Positions 34,585-46,129 are shown, counted from the first letter of the stretch. The stretch is 64,000 nucleotides of DNA from an uncultured Acidimicrobiia bacterium (GCA_963810905.1 CAWEPG010000003.1:19315-83314); one strand, 5' to 3'. The notes: generated by a model not told the origin, from the sequence alone. Made by a program: numbers and translations.

Positions 34585-36416
34585 AGAGAGAACATATGAA
34601 AGCGAAAGCATGCCTAGTGGTGGCATTAGTCGCTGATACTTGCGATCACGCTGGGTATTAGTGCGGTGTTCTGCGCAGGAGAAAAATCCAGAGCGTAATG
34701 CCTATTTCGGCAGATCTGCATCTGCACAGCGGATATTCCATGGATGCCTTCGCCTTCGGCACCAGGACCACGCCTGAGGACTCATACAAATATGCGATGG
34801 GTGAAACCGTGAAATACATGGGAAAGCCTCAAAAGCGAATCGCGCCGCTCGACTTCCTTGCCGTAACCGACCACGGCGAGTATCTGGGAGTAGTGCGCGA
34901 CACGATTGATCCCAATGGCCCATTCGCGAAGTCCGAGTGGTACACCATCATGACCAACCCCAATCCCAAGGTATCGGGCGAAGCGTTTCAGAAAATCGCC
35001 CGACTTTGACCGTCGTCAACAAGCCTCTGCCGGAGTTCAACGACCCCAAAACTGCTGCGCTCCGCATGGGAGAAATACGCGGCGATCTCTGACAAGTACT
35101 ACAAGCCCGGGAAGTTCACGACATTCGTGGGATTTGAGTGGACGTCGGCCCCACAGTTCCAGAACCTGCATCGCTGCGTGATCTTCGCCAATAAAGGGCC
35201 GGAGATGCCGTTCTCGGCGTTCGACTCGCAAGATCCGGAAAAGCTTTGGGAATATCTGGAAGCACCAACGCAAGCAGGGAATCGACGTCATTGCAGTGCC
35301 CCACAACGCCAACGTCAGCAACGGCCTGATGTTCAGCACCGCGCGACATGTCGGGCAAGCCGATTACCCGCGATTACGCCGAGCGCCGCATGGCAAACGA
35401 ACCACTCGCCGAGATTATTCAGGCCAAGGGCCAGAGCGACACGAGTCCGGCGCTTTCACCCACTGACGAATTCGCCAACTTCGAGATGTTCCCCTATCTG
35501 ATTGGCACCAGATGTCAAGGCAAAGTCCGCAACCGGGAGCTATCTGCGTCAGGCTTACGGCGTAGGACAGGAGCAGCAGGCCAAGCTGGGCGTCAATCCG
35601 TTCAAGTACGGCATCGAGGCCGGGACCGACTTCCACTCCGGTATTTCGTCCACTGAGCCGAGCAACTATCCGGGCTCGCACGGCAACCAGGACAATGATC
35701 CTAAAACCGTGATCACCTCTACTACTTCGGTCAGCGGGGAACCCCTGACCGCTCTCAGTTCAGCCGGACTCACCGGAGTCTGGGCCGAGGAGAACACCCG
35801 CGAATCCATCTTTGCGGCGTTAAAGCGGAAGGAGACATTCGGCACGTCCGGAACCCGAATCAAGGTTCGCATGTTTGCCGGTTGGAATTATCCCAAGGAC
35901 ATGACCAAACAGGCAGATTGGGTAAAAGCTGCATACAATGGCGGCGTGTCCATGGGTGGCGACCTTACAGCAACGTCAGGATCAGCTGTTCCAACGTTCG
36001 TCGTTCACGCCATCAAAGACCCCAACAGCGGCAATCTCGATCGCGTTCAGATCATCAAGATTTCGACCAGGGATGGTAAGAGCAAGGAAACCGTTTACGA
36101 CGTCGTTTGGAGCGGGGACCGCAAGGCCGATCCAAAAACCGGCAAGGTCCCAGCCGTTGGCAATACGGTTGACGTGAAGACCTCCACGTACACGAACTCA
36201 ATCGGCGCAGCCGAATTGGCCGTTATGTGGAGGGATCCATCGTTCGATCCGAAAGCTTATGCGACATACTATGCGCGGGTCCTGGAAATACCAACTCCAC
36301 GGTGGTCTACCTATTGGGCCGCCGAGCTGAACCTGCCTCCCAACCCAAACGTCGCGGCCACTGTGCAGCAGCGTGCCTGGACGTCGCCCATTTGGTACGC
36401 TCCGGCAAAGCCATAG
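34585..36416 (+). pseudogene. Decayed paralog of the DUF3604-like gene (about seven frameshifts).
   Basis: Five ORF pieces (34698..35009, 35127..35501, 35348..35656, 35502..36416 and the N-terminal MKAKA piece) match copy 1 collinearly. Examples are NAYFG(D)LHLHSGYSMD, FVGFEWTSAPQFQNLHR, LSPTDEFANFEMF and LTGVWAEENTRE...YYARVLEIPTPRW...WTSPIWYAP. The frameshift density is about eight times the window background. Confidence 0.7.
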
Positions 36417-36430
36417 GAGTTGTTTATTGA

Positions 36431-37441
36431 GTGAGTGAAATTTCTGTAGGCATCGTTCCAGATAAGCATGATTCCGACTCGGAATCTAGGCCGAAGAGTT
36501 CCGTCGTTCCTTTCCTTATGCGCTGGCTGCGCGAGCCGCTCCTGCACTTTCTACTCCTCGGGGTCGCGCTGTTCGCTGTTTACGCTACTTGCATCGCGGC
36601 CGCGGCGGAGTCGAATCGTCCCGGCAGATTATTCTGAGCCTCGATGAACTTCGGCAGATGGACATGTACTTCGAGTCGCAATGGCATCGCCAGCCGACTC
36701 CGGCTGAGTTCCAAGCGATGGTCGAGGACAAGGTGCGCGAGGAGGTCCTTTACCGCGAAGGTATTGCGATGGGCCTCGACAAAGACGACACCATCGTCAA
36801 GCGCCGCATGGCGCAGAAGATGCAGTTCCTCGCCGAAGACGTGGCCGCCGCTCACGAACCTTCCACGGCGGAGCTCAAGGCCTGGTTCGACAAAAACAAA
36901 GACAAGTTTGCCCTGCCGGGCCGCTACAGCTTCCGCCATCTTTACTTCTCACCCGACAAGCGCGGCAAGAATGCGCAGGAAGATGCCGCCAAGGTACTGG
37001 CCAAAATCGCCAGCCAGCCGGAAGACTCGAAACTGGCAGCATCCCTCGCCGATCCATTCATGTTCCAGAATTATTACGGTGACCGCACTCCCGAGGCGAT
37101 CGCCAAGGAGTTCGGTCCGCCGTTCGCGATGACCCTGCGAGAAGCTGAAGCCCGGTTCATGGCAGGGGCCGGTTGAGTCCGGCTACGGCTGGCATTGTGT
37201 ATTCGTCGATACCGTGATCCCAGGCCGCATTCCCGCTTTTGAAGAAGTCGAGCCGGATGTAAAGACCGCCTGGCTGGGGGAACAGAAAGCTCAGGCCTGG
37301 AAGAAAGCCTATGATGCGATGCGCGCCAAATACATCGTGCTTCTACCTGCGCCTCCCGCGAAGGAATCGGCGCAGCCCACCTCTCCTCCACCTCCCCTCA
37401 AGAAGCAGGTTCCCGCCCCATCCGGTGAGGGACCGCTGTGA
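36431..37441 (+). CDS. Membrane-anchored PpiC-type (parvulin) peptidyl-prolyl isomerase / SurA-PpiD-like chaperone, with two frame breaks.
   Basis: An N-terminal TM anchor (LLHFLLLGVALFAVYATCIAAAA), a chaperone-like middle part, and then in the next frame SGYGWHCVFVDTVIPGRIPAFEEVEPDVKTAW (parvulin S-x-YGWH-V signature). Confidence 0.5.
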
Positions 37442-37758
37442 GCGGCGAACGCCGGAGCAACGTCAGATGCGGATCCGGGATGCGAGATGCGGCAAATGGG
37501 TTGCGATGAAAAAAAATGGAAGAACAGAGGACGAGATTCGAGAGTTGAGGTCCGAGATACGGGATGCCAGATGACGTAAATGCAAGAAGCATGAAATCGA
37601 GGAGCAGGAGCTCGAATCGCGTATTCGAGCCTTTCATTCTGTATCCCGAATCCGTATCTTGCATTTCGCATCTCGCATCCTTTGCGCATCTGGCCAGCAT
37701 CTAGCGGTCTCGCTATCTCTATCCCATACCTCCTGTCTCTAATCATTCCTTTGCTATT
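37441..37758. repeat. Heptanucleotide-repeat block A (GAGATRC-type units, then the complementary GYATCTC-type units), an imperfect long palindrome.
   Basis: ggatgcgagatgcg at 37476-37490 pairs with cgcatctcgcatcc at 37667-37680, and aaatgcaag pairs with cttgcattt. The stretch is a run of 7-nt units. It probably also encodes the displaced signal peptide of the downstream HupE gene. Confidence 0.6.
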
Positions 37759-38712
37759 GTGTCCCCTGCCTTTGCCCACGAAGCACGCCCTGCTTACCTG
37801 GAGATCAAGGAAACCGAGCCCGATCAGTTCAGCGTCCTCTGGCGCACACCGGTTCTTGCAGGTATGCGTCTGCCCATCCTTCTGAAATTGCCTGACGACT
37901 CGAAGAACCTGAAGGAGCCCACCGTCCAGGAATTGGCGGATTCCCTCGTGGAGCGCCGATGGGTGAATGCCGGGCCGAATGGGCTGGCCGGAAAGCGGAT
38001 CGAATTCGTTGGGCTGCAAGCGACAATCACCGATGTCGTGGTCCGCGTTGAGATGCTCGACGGCAGGAAATGGACAACCATCGTTCACCCTTCGCAACCA
38101 TGGGTGGAGCTTGCCGCTTCGCAAACCAGGCTGGGTGTGATGGGCACCTACATCGTGCAGGGTATCCGGCACATCCTCTTCGGCGCCGATCATCTGCTCT
38201 TCGTGCTTGGTCTGCTGCTGATCGTGAAAGATCGCTGGATGCTACTGAAGACGGTCACGGCCTTCACCGTGGCGCACAGCATCACCTTGGCCATAGCGAC
38301 CCTGGGCTATGCCGAGGCGCCGGTAGTTCCTTTGAATGCCGCAATCGCTCTGAGCATTCTTTTCCTGGGACCGGAGATTGTGCGTTCCTGGCGCGGGGAG
38401 ACCAGCTTCACGATCCGCCATCCTTGGGTGGTGGCTTTTGCATTTGGGCTGCTGCATGGCTTCGGGTTTGCCAGCGCGCTCACGAGTGCCGGTTTGCCGC
38501 GAACGGAGTTGCCGCTCGCGCTGGTGAGCTTCAATGTTGGTGTAGAGCTCGGGCAACTTGGTTTCATCCTGCTGGTCCTGGCGCTGGAACGTTCTTTCTC
38601 TATACTCGAAGTCCGTTGGCCACGGTGGGCTCAGGCACTTCCTGGATACGCCGTGGGTGGGCTCGGCGCATTTTGGACTATTCAAAGAGTGGCGGTGATG
38701 ATTACAGGATGA
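37682..38712 (+). CDS. HupE/UreJ_2-family metal (Ni/Co-type) transporter with an N-terminal periplasmic domain. The signal peptide appears to lie in a different frame (frameshift near 37750).
   Basis: The mature region starts AFA|HEARP (a typical HupE signal-peptidase site). The core is GIRHILFGADHLLFVLGLLL and the protein has 6 TM. An upstream ATG at 37682 gives a hydrophobic leader in the +1 frame. Confidence 0.55.
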
Positions 38713-38832
38713 TGCGATGCGAGATCCGAGATGCGGGGATGCGGGATGCGAGAGAATGCGAGTTGTGAAAAGCGAAATCTCGACATCCTGAATCCCGGAT
38801 CACGTACCCCGTATCAGGCTTCTTATTAAATT
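38713..38832. repeat. Heptanucleotide-repeat block B.
   Basis: Forward units gatgc gagatcc gagatgc ggggatgc gggatgc gagagaatgc, then the reverse-type units gacatcc tgaatccc ggatcac gtacccc gtatcag. Confidence 0.55.
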
Positions 38833-39246
38833 ATGAGCTACAGAACACTTGAGATTTGGCAACTGGCTCGCGACTTATCGATTGAGATTCATCACATGAC
38901 GTTGGAGTCGTTGCCGAGGCTGGAAATGTATGAAGAAGCGTCTCAAATTCGCCGCTCAGCTAAATCCATCAGATCCAATATTGTCGAAGGATATGGGAGG
39001 CGAAGGTACAAGTTGGAGTTCGTGCGCTTTTTGACCTATGCACACGCCTCATGCGATGAGACAATTGATCACCTTGAAACCCTGCACGAAACTGGATCTC
39101 TCGCGGAAGACGCTTTGTATGAGCGGCTTCATCAAAAGCTGAACCATTTAGGTGGAAAACTCAACCACTTCATTCAAGGTGTGGAGTTGCAGCACCGTTC
39201 GGTTCGGGAGGATAGCGCCGAGTACAAGCGAGATGAAGAAGAGTGA
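38833..39246 (+). CDS. Four-helix-bundle protein (the '23S rRNA intervening-sequence protein' family, the same family as DGR Avd proteins).
   Basis: A 137-aa ORF ([21 protein letters not shown]...[17 protein letters not shown]...[17 protein letters not shown]), the typical size and motif pattern for the TIGR02436/PF05635 family. Confidence 0.7.
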   Translation: MSYRTLEIWQLARDLSIEIHHMTLESLPRLEMYEEASQIRRSAKSIRSNIVEGYGRRRYKLEFVRFLTYAHASCDETIDHLETLHETGSLAEDALYERLHQKLNHLGGKLNHFIQGVELQHRSVREDSAEYKRDEEE

Positions 39247-39477
39247 CGGATATGATATGGGTTAATAAGCGATGGGAGATACGAGATACGAGATGGAAGA
39301 TGCGAAATACCGTATAGAAAATGTAAGTGGCCGTGCGCGAGTACCTGAAATCTCGTATCCCGCATCCCGCATCTCGTATCCCGCATCTCGTTTCTCGTAT
39401 CCCGCATCTCGTTTCTCGCATCTCGTTCTCGTATCCCGCATCTCGTTTCTCGTATCAAGTATCTTGCCTCCATCATT
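39247..39477. repeat. Heptanucleotide-repeat block C: five forward GARATRC units (39276-39310), then about 17 tandem ATCYCGY units (39350-39468).
   Basis: atctcgt atcccgc atcccgc atctcgt atcccgc atctcgt ttctcgt atcccgc atctcgt ttctcgc atctcgt ... Every frame of the unit is used, so the spurious ORFs here have a 7-aa period (EMRDTRN / SRISYPA). Confidence 0.7.
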
Positions 39478-40041
39478 GTGATTCTTTTCGCGTTCTGGCC
39501 CGTCTCTGTATTTGCGCATACGCAAAAAGGCGAGGCCGCCGGCTTTCTGACCGGCTTTCGTCATCCCATCTCGGGGATGGACCATGTGCTGGCAATGGTC
39601 GCCGTGGGCCTTTGGGGCGCACAGCTCGGAGCTCCCGCAGTGTGGCTACTGCCGGTTGCGTTTCCCTTGGTGATGGCGATGGGAGGAATGCTCGCGCTCA
39701 TGGGCGTACCATTACCCGGCATTGAATACGGGATTGCCGCATCCGCTATCTTACTCGGCTCCGCTGTGATGTTTGAGATCCGCCCGCCTCTGGTAGTGGC
39801 TGCCCTAATGGTTGGATTCTTCGCCATTTTCCATGGGCACGCCCACGGCACCGAACTCCCGCCGGGCCAAAGTGCCCTGCTCTACAGCATGGGCTTCGTG
39901 ATTGCGACGGGTTGTTTGCACGCGGTGGGAATCAGTATCGGAGCGGTCCATCGATGGGTGTGGGGACAAAGATTGCTGCGGCTTGCCGGTGCCCTAGTCG
40001 CAGTGGGTGGTGTCTTCTTCATGTGGAGAGCGTTCGCATGA
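39478..40041 (+). CDS. hupE: HupE/UreJ family Ni/Co transporter (canonical).
   Basis: A GTG start, signal ...SVFA|H, then [21 protein letters not shown] and HGHAHG, the classic HupE motifs. 187 aa. Confidence 0.8.
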   Translation: MILFAFWPVSVFAHTQKGEAAGFLTGFRHPISGMDHVLAMVAVGLWGAQLGAPAVWLLPVAFPLVMAMGGMLALMGVPLPGIEYGIAASAILLGSAVMFEIRPPLVVAALMVGFFAIFHGHAHGTELPPGQSALLYSMGFVIATGCLHAVGISIGAVHRWVWGQRLLRLAGALVAVGGVFFMWRAFA

Positions 40042-40673
40042 AACGATCTCGTGTTCCTGTTTTCTGCGCAGTCTTGTTGGCTTTCGCCATGTGTCCGCTT
40101 ACGGCGGAAGCTCATCTGAATTCCACGGGCATGGGCCCACTCTACGATGGCCTTATGCACTTCTTGATGAGCCCGGAGGACTTCGTGCCAGCGCTGGCGT
40201 TAGCGCTCTTGGTGGGTCTGCGTGGGACGGCGTACGGACGGCGGGCACTGTTTACGCTTCCAACGGCGTGGCTATTCGGCGGTCTTATCGGAACAGGCGC
40301 AGCCGCTAGAATTGGCAGTCCCGTGGTATCAGCAGTATGGTTTATCCTCCTCGGTGTGCTGCTCGCCTCGGACGCAAGCTTTCGTTGGGGAGTCGCCTCG
40401 AACGCCAAGCTTTCGTTGCGGGCGATCACCGCATTGGCTGTCTTGCTTGGGGTCTACAATGGCTACCTCAACGGCACCGGAATGGGACAGTTCGACATTG
40501 CCGCCATTGCTTTACTTGGATTAGCTTTCACAGTGTTTGCTCTCGTGGCGTTGGCTGCAGCGTTTGTGGTGCGATTGCGAGCGGAGTGGGGACGAATCGC
40601 CATGCGGGTCGTGGGTAGTTGGATTGCAGCAAGCGGCTTGCTCATGCTCGGTTGGGCGATTCGCGGAGGTTGA
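40039..40673 (+). CDS. HupE/UreJ_2-like membrane protein (third paralog), translationally coupled to the preceding gene (ATGA overlap).
   Basis: [25 protein letters not shown]|H signal, GLMHFLMSPEDFVPALALALLVGL and six TM segments. Confidence 0.5.
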
Positions 40674-41103
40674 GGCGACTTGCATTTCTGCCACACATCT
40701 CATGGCACCATGCCGTGCGAAATCTTTCAATAACTTGTGATCCACCCCTCACTTGAGCTTTCACCGCTACACGCACACTCCCCAAAAAAATATTCTAAGA
40801 AAACTCAAACTGGCGAAGTTGGGCTAATCGTTGTGTTACGGCCTACTCGGAAACTAACACCTGCTCGAATGGGCCACCATTTCAAGTTTCGAGTGTTGAA
40901 ACCTGTTCAGAACAGCAATCAAACCTGGCCCCCCCATATAAGATAAGCTTCGCTTTCCATGAATCTGGCAATCCGCCTATTCATGACAATTCCTAAGAGG
41001 ACATTTGGGCGAGGCCCAGGATGCCCCATAGACGTGAATATTCGCCGTGTAGAGCAGCCCAAGAATCAATTGGTCGTTACCGTTGGGTCAATTTTTACGT
41101 TAC

Positions 41104-41131
41104 TGTGACAATTTTTTACATAAGTGTGACA
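41104..41131. promoter_or_regulatory. Direct repeat TGTGACA-N14-TGTGACA upstream of the TonB-dependent receptor gene (candidate operator).
   Basis: tgtgacaattttttacataagtgtgaca lies 170-200 bp upstream of the receptor start. Confidence 0.3.
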
Positions 41132-41301
41132 ACCAGCAAGCCATGTCCTAGTAGGGTTCTTGGAATTCCGTGGATGATTTCCGCTAGCTCCTGACTTGAA
41201 AGTAGAACTGTGTGTCTTGCGCCGGGAGGCATGTGCGATCGGTTGCCAGTGCAAGTCCGGAGAAAGGGTTTGAATATCTCTACTTCGATGGAGGTGTCAC
41301 C

Positions 41302-44300
41302 GTGAAGATGGCCGTGGTTTTTATACTCATGCTAGTTTCCTTGCCTGTGTTTGCCCAGAGTAATTATGCGGAACTGAGCGGCACTGTTCTGGACCCCGGG
41401 CGGGGCGCCATCGTTGGTGCTAGCATCCAGCTAACTTCAGTCTCAACCCTTGCAGAGCGGACCGCGAGCACTAACGTGCACGGGATCTTTCAGATTCCAG
41501 GCTTGCCCCCTGGCGAGTACAAATTACTCGTCAAGGCGCTGGGATTTGCAGAGACCAATCAGTCCTTTCGGCTCGAGGTCGGACAAAGGCTAAGCCTTGA
41601 CCTGACCCTCAAACTGGACTCTGTTGCTAAAGCCATTGAAGTTACCGGGGGCGCAGAACCGATAGCCAAGACAGACGCGAGTGTCGGCGAGGTCATCGAA
41701 CCCACCTCCATTTCAAACCTCCCGCTCAACGGCCGGATGTTGATTGATTTGGTTTTAACAGTTCCGGGGGCCCATGTCAGCCATGGAGCCCAAGCTGGCG
41801 ACATGAGTTCACTCTACTGGCGCCCCGGCCAGCGCTCGGCCGTCAGCATCGGAGGCAACCGCCCCAATGCAAATTATTTTCTTCTTGATGGTACGACCAA
41901 CACTGATCCTACTTTTAACACGCTAAACTTGAGCCCGTCGCCTGATGCGGTGCAAGAGTTCAAAGTCCAGACTGGGAGTTATTCTGCAGAAATGGGTGGG
42001 GCTGGCGGCGGGCAGATCAACATTGTCACAAAATCTGGGACGAATCAATTCCATGGGACTGTTTACGACTTCTTGCGAAACGGGGCGCTCGATGCCCATA
42101 CATTCAACGACATGGGTTCGAAGTTTCTGGTTCAGAACAACTTCGGAGGGGCCCTTGGCGGTCCTATCATCCACAACAAGACATTCTTTTTTATGAGTTA
42201 TGAGGGGTTGAGGCTTTCGAAGGCGGACACCATGATTGATACGGTTCCTACAGAAATGGAGACCATGGGTGATTTCAGCATGAGCGGTGTTACGATCTAC
42301 AACCCGTTCAGTTCTCACCCCAACCCGAACTACGATCCCAAAAAGCCGATTAGTCCTTCTAATCCGCAGATTTTGCGCGACACGTTCCCCGGCAACGTGA
42401 TCCCATCAAACATGATTAATCCTGCAACTGCTCAATTCCTCGCGAAATATGTGCCTCGTCCCAACATGGACATGGGAATGAATGGCTGCGATGGAATGAC
42501 AATGATGGGCCAGCCCACAGTCATAGGGGCGGGCGTTGACTGCAATAACTATACCGACACTCGTAATGAGCATCACCTCACTGACCAAGGCATGATCCGG
42601 ATTGATCAAATGTTCAGCCAAAACGATAACTTGTGGTTCCGTTACTCCCTGAGTGGTGAGAATGGCTTCACGCCCCAAAATCTGCCTGGCTTCGGTGCGA
42701 TCCATGACAATTTTGCCCAACAAGGTAGCATCGGATGGAACCACGTCATGAGCCCAGTGATGGTGAACATGGCGGCAATCAGCATTTCGCGGCTTTCAAT
42801 GCACCGCTCTTCGGAAAATAGCGAAAGCAACGATATCGTCAGTGAGCTGGGGATTAAAGGAATCGGTTACGGGGGGAGGGGGCATATGGTGCACCCTACT
42901 TCAATTTGCAAGGTTATTCCCCAATGGGTGATTCTTATATTGCGACTCCCATGCATGCCTGGGATACGATCCTGGAAGCCCGCGACGTGTTGACTTGGCA
43001 GCGCGGTCGTCACGGGCTCAAATTTGGTGGAAGCTTCCGTTATTTTATATGGCCAATGTGGGGGTTTTTTCAGAATCGCGGATACTATCAGATGACCAAC
43101 GGCTACACGACTCAAACTGCTACTAACGATGGTACCGGCTCAGCATTAGCCAGTTTCCTTCTGGGACTGCCTGCAGTCAAGCAACGCCAGGCTGGCATTC
43201 CCCAGATGCAGCTTCGCCAATGGTATGCCGACGGCTTTGTACAGGATAGTTTCCGGCTGTCGGGGAGCACCACTTTAGAAATGGGGCTGCGCTATGAATA
43301 CATGAGCCCGCTGACCGACATCCGGTATACTAATAGTAATCTCGACTTCCAGGACGGGAAGCCGGATGCGTTTATAGGCGGACAACTCGGCTACCCCACA
43401 GGCCTGAGATATTCCAACAAGCTGAACTTCGCTCCGCGCTTTGGCGTCTCCCACTATCTACCAAGCCACGGAACCGTACTTCACGCAGCCTTCGGCATCT
43501 TTTACACACCGGTCGATATGAACACATGGTGCAACCAGCGCCACAACGTTCCCTATGTGTTCCCCGAAACCCAACAAGCCGACAACTTCACCCCGCCTGC
43601 CACGCTGGTTGCTTCCGGGTTTAACTTCGGCCAGCCGGTCCTAGGTTTGACAACAGTGAGTTTTGCCTCGATGGATCTGCACGGTCCGCCACAATACATC
43701 GAGCAATGGAGTGCTTCAGTCGAGAAAAGCCTTGGTAATCTGACAACACTTGAGATCGGATACCTGGGGAGCCATGGACTCCACCTTCAACGAGCGCACC
43801 TCGTTAACAATGCTCTACCCGGTCCTGGCCCCATTGGTCCCCGACGGCCGTTCAGAACAGTAAGCTTCTTGCCTGGAACGGTGCTCCCTACCGACATTAC
43901 AGTTCTGAGTACTACGTTTCCTGTGAGTACCATCAATATTCTGGAAAACTCAGCCCGGAGTTGGTACAACGCCGGTTATGTCAACGTTCGCCGCCGTTAT
44001 GCGGATGGTTTTACATTTTTGGCTAATTACACCTGGTCCAAGAACTTGACGGACGCCCCGGACTTTCGTTCCCCTATGTTTGAATCCTCAATTCCCCAGA
44101 ATAACAATAACTTGATTGGCGAAAAAGGACTGGGTTGCGATGTGCGTCATCGATTCGCTCTCAGCGCCGTCTATAATATTCCTCAGATTAATGGCTCTCA
44201 GGCAGTCCGAATACTAAGCCGCAATTGGCAAGTAGCGACCATCTATCAAGTTCAAACCGGATTCCCGTTCACTATTTCGGTATTTGGTGACACGGCAAAC

Positions 44301-44675
44301 TCCGGTACAGTGCTTGGAGAGAATCCCATTCGCGCCAACTACACGGGACAACCTGTGTTCGGACCGAACACCGGCAATGCTGACGCGTGGTTTAACCCAT
44401 CGGCGTTCGCGACACCCGCGGCCTTCACGTTTGGAAATTTAGGGCGGAACACGGTCTACGGGCCGGGCATGCAAACGCTTGATATGGCGGTGGCTCGCGA
44501 ATTTGGAACCAGTGAACGATTTCGCTTCCAAATTCGGGCTGAATTTTTCAATACGCTGAACCAAGTGAATCTCGGCACACCCAACCGCTTCGTGAATACA
44601 CCGCAGTTCGGTACGATCACTGAAGCCGCCACTCCGGGTCGGCAGATTCAGCTCAGTGCACGGTTTTCATTTTAG
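41302..44675 (+). CDS. TonB-dependent outer-membrane receptor with an N-terminal carboxypeptidase-regulatory-like domain, frame-broken near 42873-42885 (G-runs).
   Basis: A signal peptide, then AQSNYAELSGTVLDPGRGAIVGASIQL... (CarbopepD_reg), a plug region and a long barrel. The terminal residue is F. ORFs 41212..42993 and 42906..44675 overlap at the break. Confidence 0.8.
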
Positions 44676-45607
44676 AGTCAACCAATGCTCAAAAGACTCA
44701 GTTGAACGGCGAAGGGGACAAGTGTCTGAATTCGTGAGTCTCCCTATGGACATGCCGTCCGGAGTACCGACTACTGCTCTTTTTCATACGAGCTTAGCAT
44801 CGGATGAGTGATGATTCCCCTCCTGCAACCCTCGAACTTGCTCCTGGTCCCTTCTCTGGAACCCCTGAGGATTCCGCGTGGTTTAGAATCGGCCCTGCCT
44901 CGAAGCAAAAGACTGAGAGAGCCGTTAGTTGAAGCTACCGGTCTTCTAATGGTGACCTCCCCTGATTACTCGCCAACACAAGCTTTCGTGCCCGCTTGAC
45001 TCCTCGCTCGAATCAAGTCTTCGCTGCAGCAAGCTCGCATCATGGAAGACGAGGATTGGATTATTCAAAAGATTGGGCCGAAGTTTGAAAACTCCGGAGA
45101 ATTTCCGGATGGGCCTTTCAACACCTTGAAGCTCTTCGGCACAACTCTTGTCTCCAACTGAAAGCTTTGTCCCACACGTTTGGCCTCATCCCACAATTAT
45201 TACCACGGTTGTTCTTCGCACCTGAAGATTAAGGAATCAGCACGAGCAGTGTCGCGGAAACTACGCTCGCCAGAAGCATGAGCGTAAGGGTCGGCTTGAC
45301 AAACATCCAGACATGAATGCAGAAATACGGCCCCTCCAAATATTTTTGGGATGGATAGAACGCCCGTACCCGTATCAACTTTTGAGGCTATGATTTGATT
45401 CTGATCTGCGGCGAAAAGGGTAGAATTATCGGCGGCAATCCTTTCGCTCGTGGTCAAATGGAAAATCTATCAGTAGGAAAGGGTGAGACCTGGGGGAGTT
45501 CTGGGCTCCCCCAAGTTTTAAGGAGCCGGATGCTGTGGTCTGGAGTTGAAAATCAGTTCGGCTTCAACAATTCTTCATGCTTCGTTTGGCCTTGCCGTCA
45601 TCCATCT

Positions 45608-46129
45608 TCACTTCATGATCACTCCGCAGGCAATTCGGTCCCCTGCATTGCCCGTAGGATCGGTCATTTCGTCGTCTGCTTTCTCATGGATGATAATTGC
45701 AGTACCCCCTTCATGAAAAAGGGAGTTTGAACCCGCAGTTAGAGTTACTCGCTTGTTCAGTATCATTAACTTCCCCTTGCCATTCTTGCCGACCGTGATG
45801 TTAGGCATGTCACCGGCATGGGGACCAGAAGGATTCTTCGAGCCATGTTTCATGTTCTGGGGGTTGAGGTGCCCACCAGCCGATTTAAAATCGGGCGGAT
45901 CACATTTGCCTACCGTGTGGATGTGAAAAGCGTGCGTGCCGGGTGGCAGACTGAATACCTTAAGGGAAACCTCAATCCCATCAATAGCCTGCTTGAAAGA
46001 CGCACTCCCCACTTTTTGACCTTGCGCATTTTTAAGCTCTGCCTTCGCTGATTTCGGCCCCTTTTCGGCGGCTGTTAGCGAACCAACGAACAGCAATAAA
46101 ATCCCCAATGAAGTTGTGTATCTGCTCAT
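45608..46129 (-). CDS. sodC: Periplasmic Cu/Zn superoxide dismutase.
   Basis: A signal peptide, then FHIHTVGKCDP, GGHLNP, GPHAGDMPN, IIHEKADD and GNAGDRIACGVI, which are Cu/Zn-binding His/Asp and Cys motifs. Confidence 0.9.
   Translation of the reverse strand: MSRYTTSLGILLLFVGSLTAAEKGPKSAKAELKNAQGQKVGSASFKQAIDGIEVSLKVFSLPPGTHAFHIHTVGKCDPPDFKSAGGHLNPQNMKHGSKNPSGPHAGDMPNITVGKNGKGKLMILNKRVTLTAGSNSLFHEGGTAIIIHEKADDEMTDPTGNAGDRIACGVIMK

Noticed and set aside
36644-37132. A 162-aa plus-strand ORF.
   Set aside because: It is an alternate frame of the PPIase gene with an extremely Ser/Arg/Pro-rich composition, so it is a frame artefact.
38070-38768. A 232-aa plus-strand ORF and a 147-aa minus-strand ORF overlapping HupE paralog 1.
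   Set aside because: They are alternate frames of the membrane-protein gene and are Arg/Gly/Cys-rich.
37441-39477. The possibility that the repeat arrays are a CRISPR locus.
   Set aside because: The unit is only 7 nt with no unique spacers, the arrays switch orientation, and no cas genes are present.
37311-39725. ORFs with 7-aa periodic repeats (EMRDTRN, SRISYPA, RDAGYEK) at 37311..37574, 39174..39476, 39262..39585, 39272..39481 and 39327..39725.
   Set aside because: They are produced by translating the 7-nt tandem repeats (7 nt x 3 frames gives a 21-nt period), so they are not credible proteins.
45231-45308. A 25-aa hydrophobic peptide (MFVKPTLTLMLLASVVSATLLVLIP) on the minus strand downstream of sodC.
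   Set aside because: It is too short to support without conservation or expression data. It may be chance in a 900-bp gene-poor region.
44676-45607. A 930-bp stretch without a convincing ORF between the TonB-dependent receptor gene and sodC.
   Set aside because: I could not recognise an ncRNA, tRNA or decayed gene by eye. Only a short G-rich hairpin (tgggggag..ctccccca) is visible.
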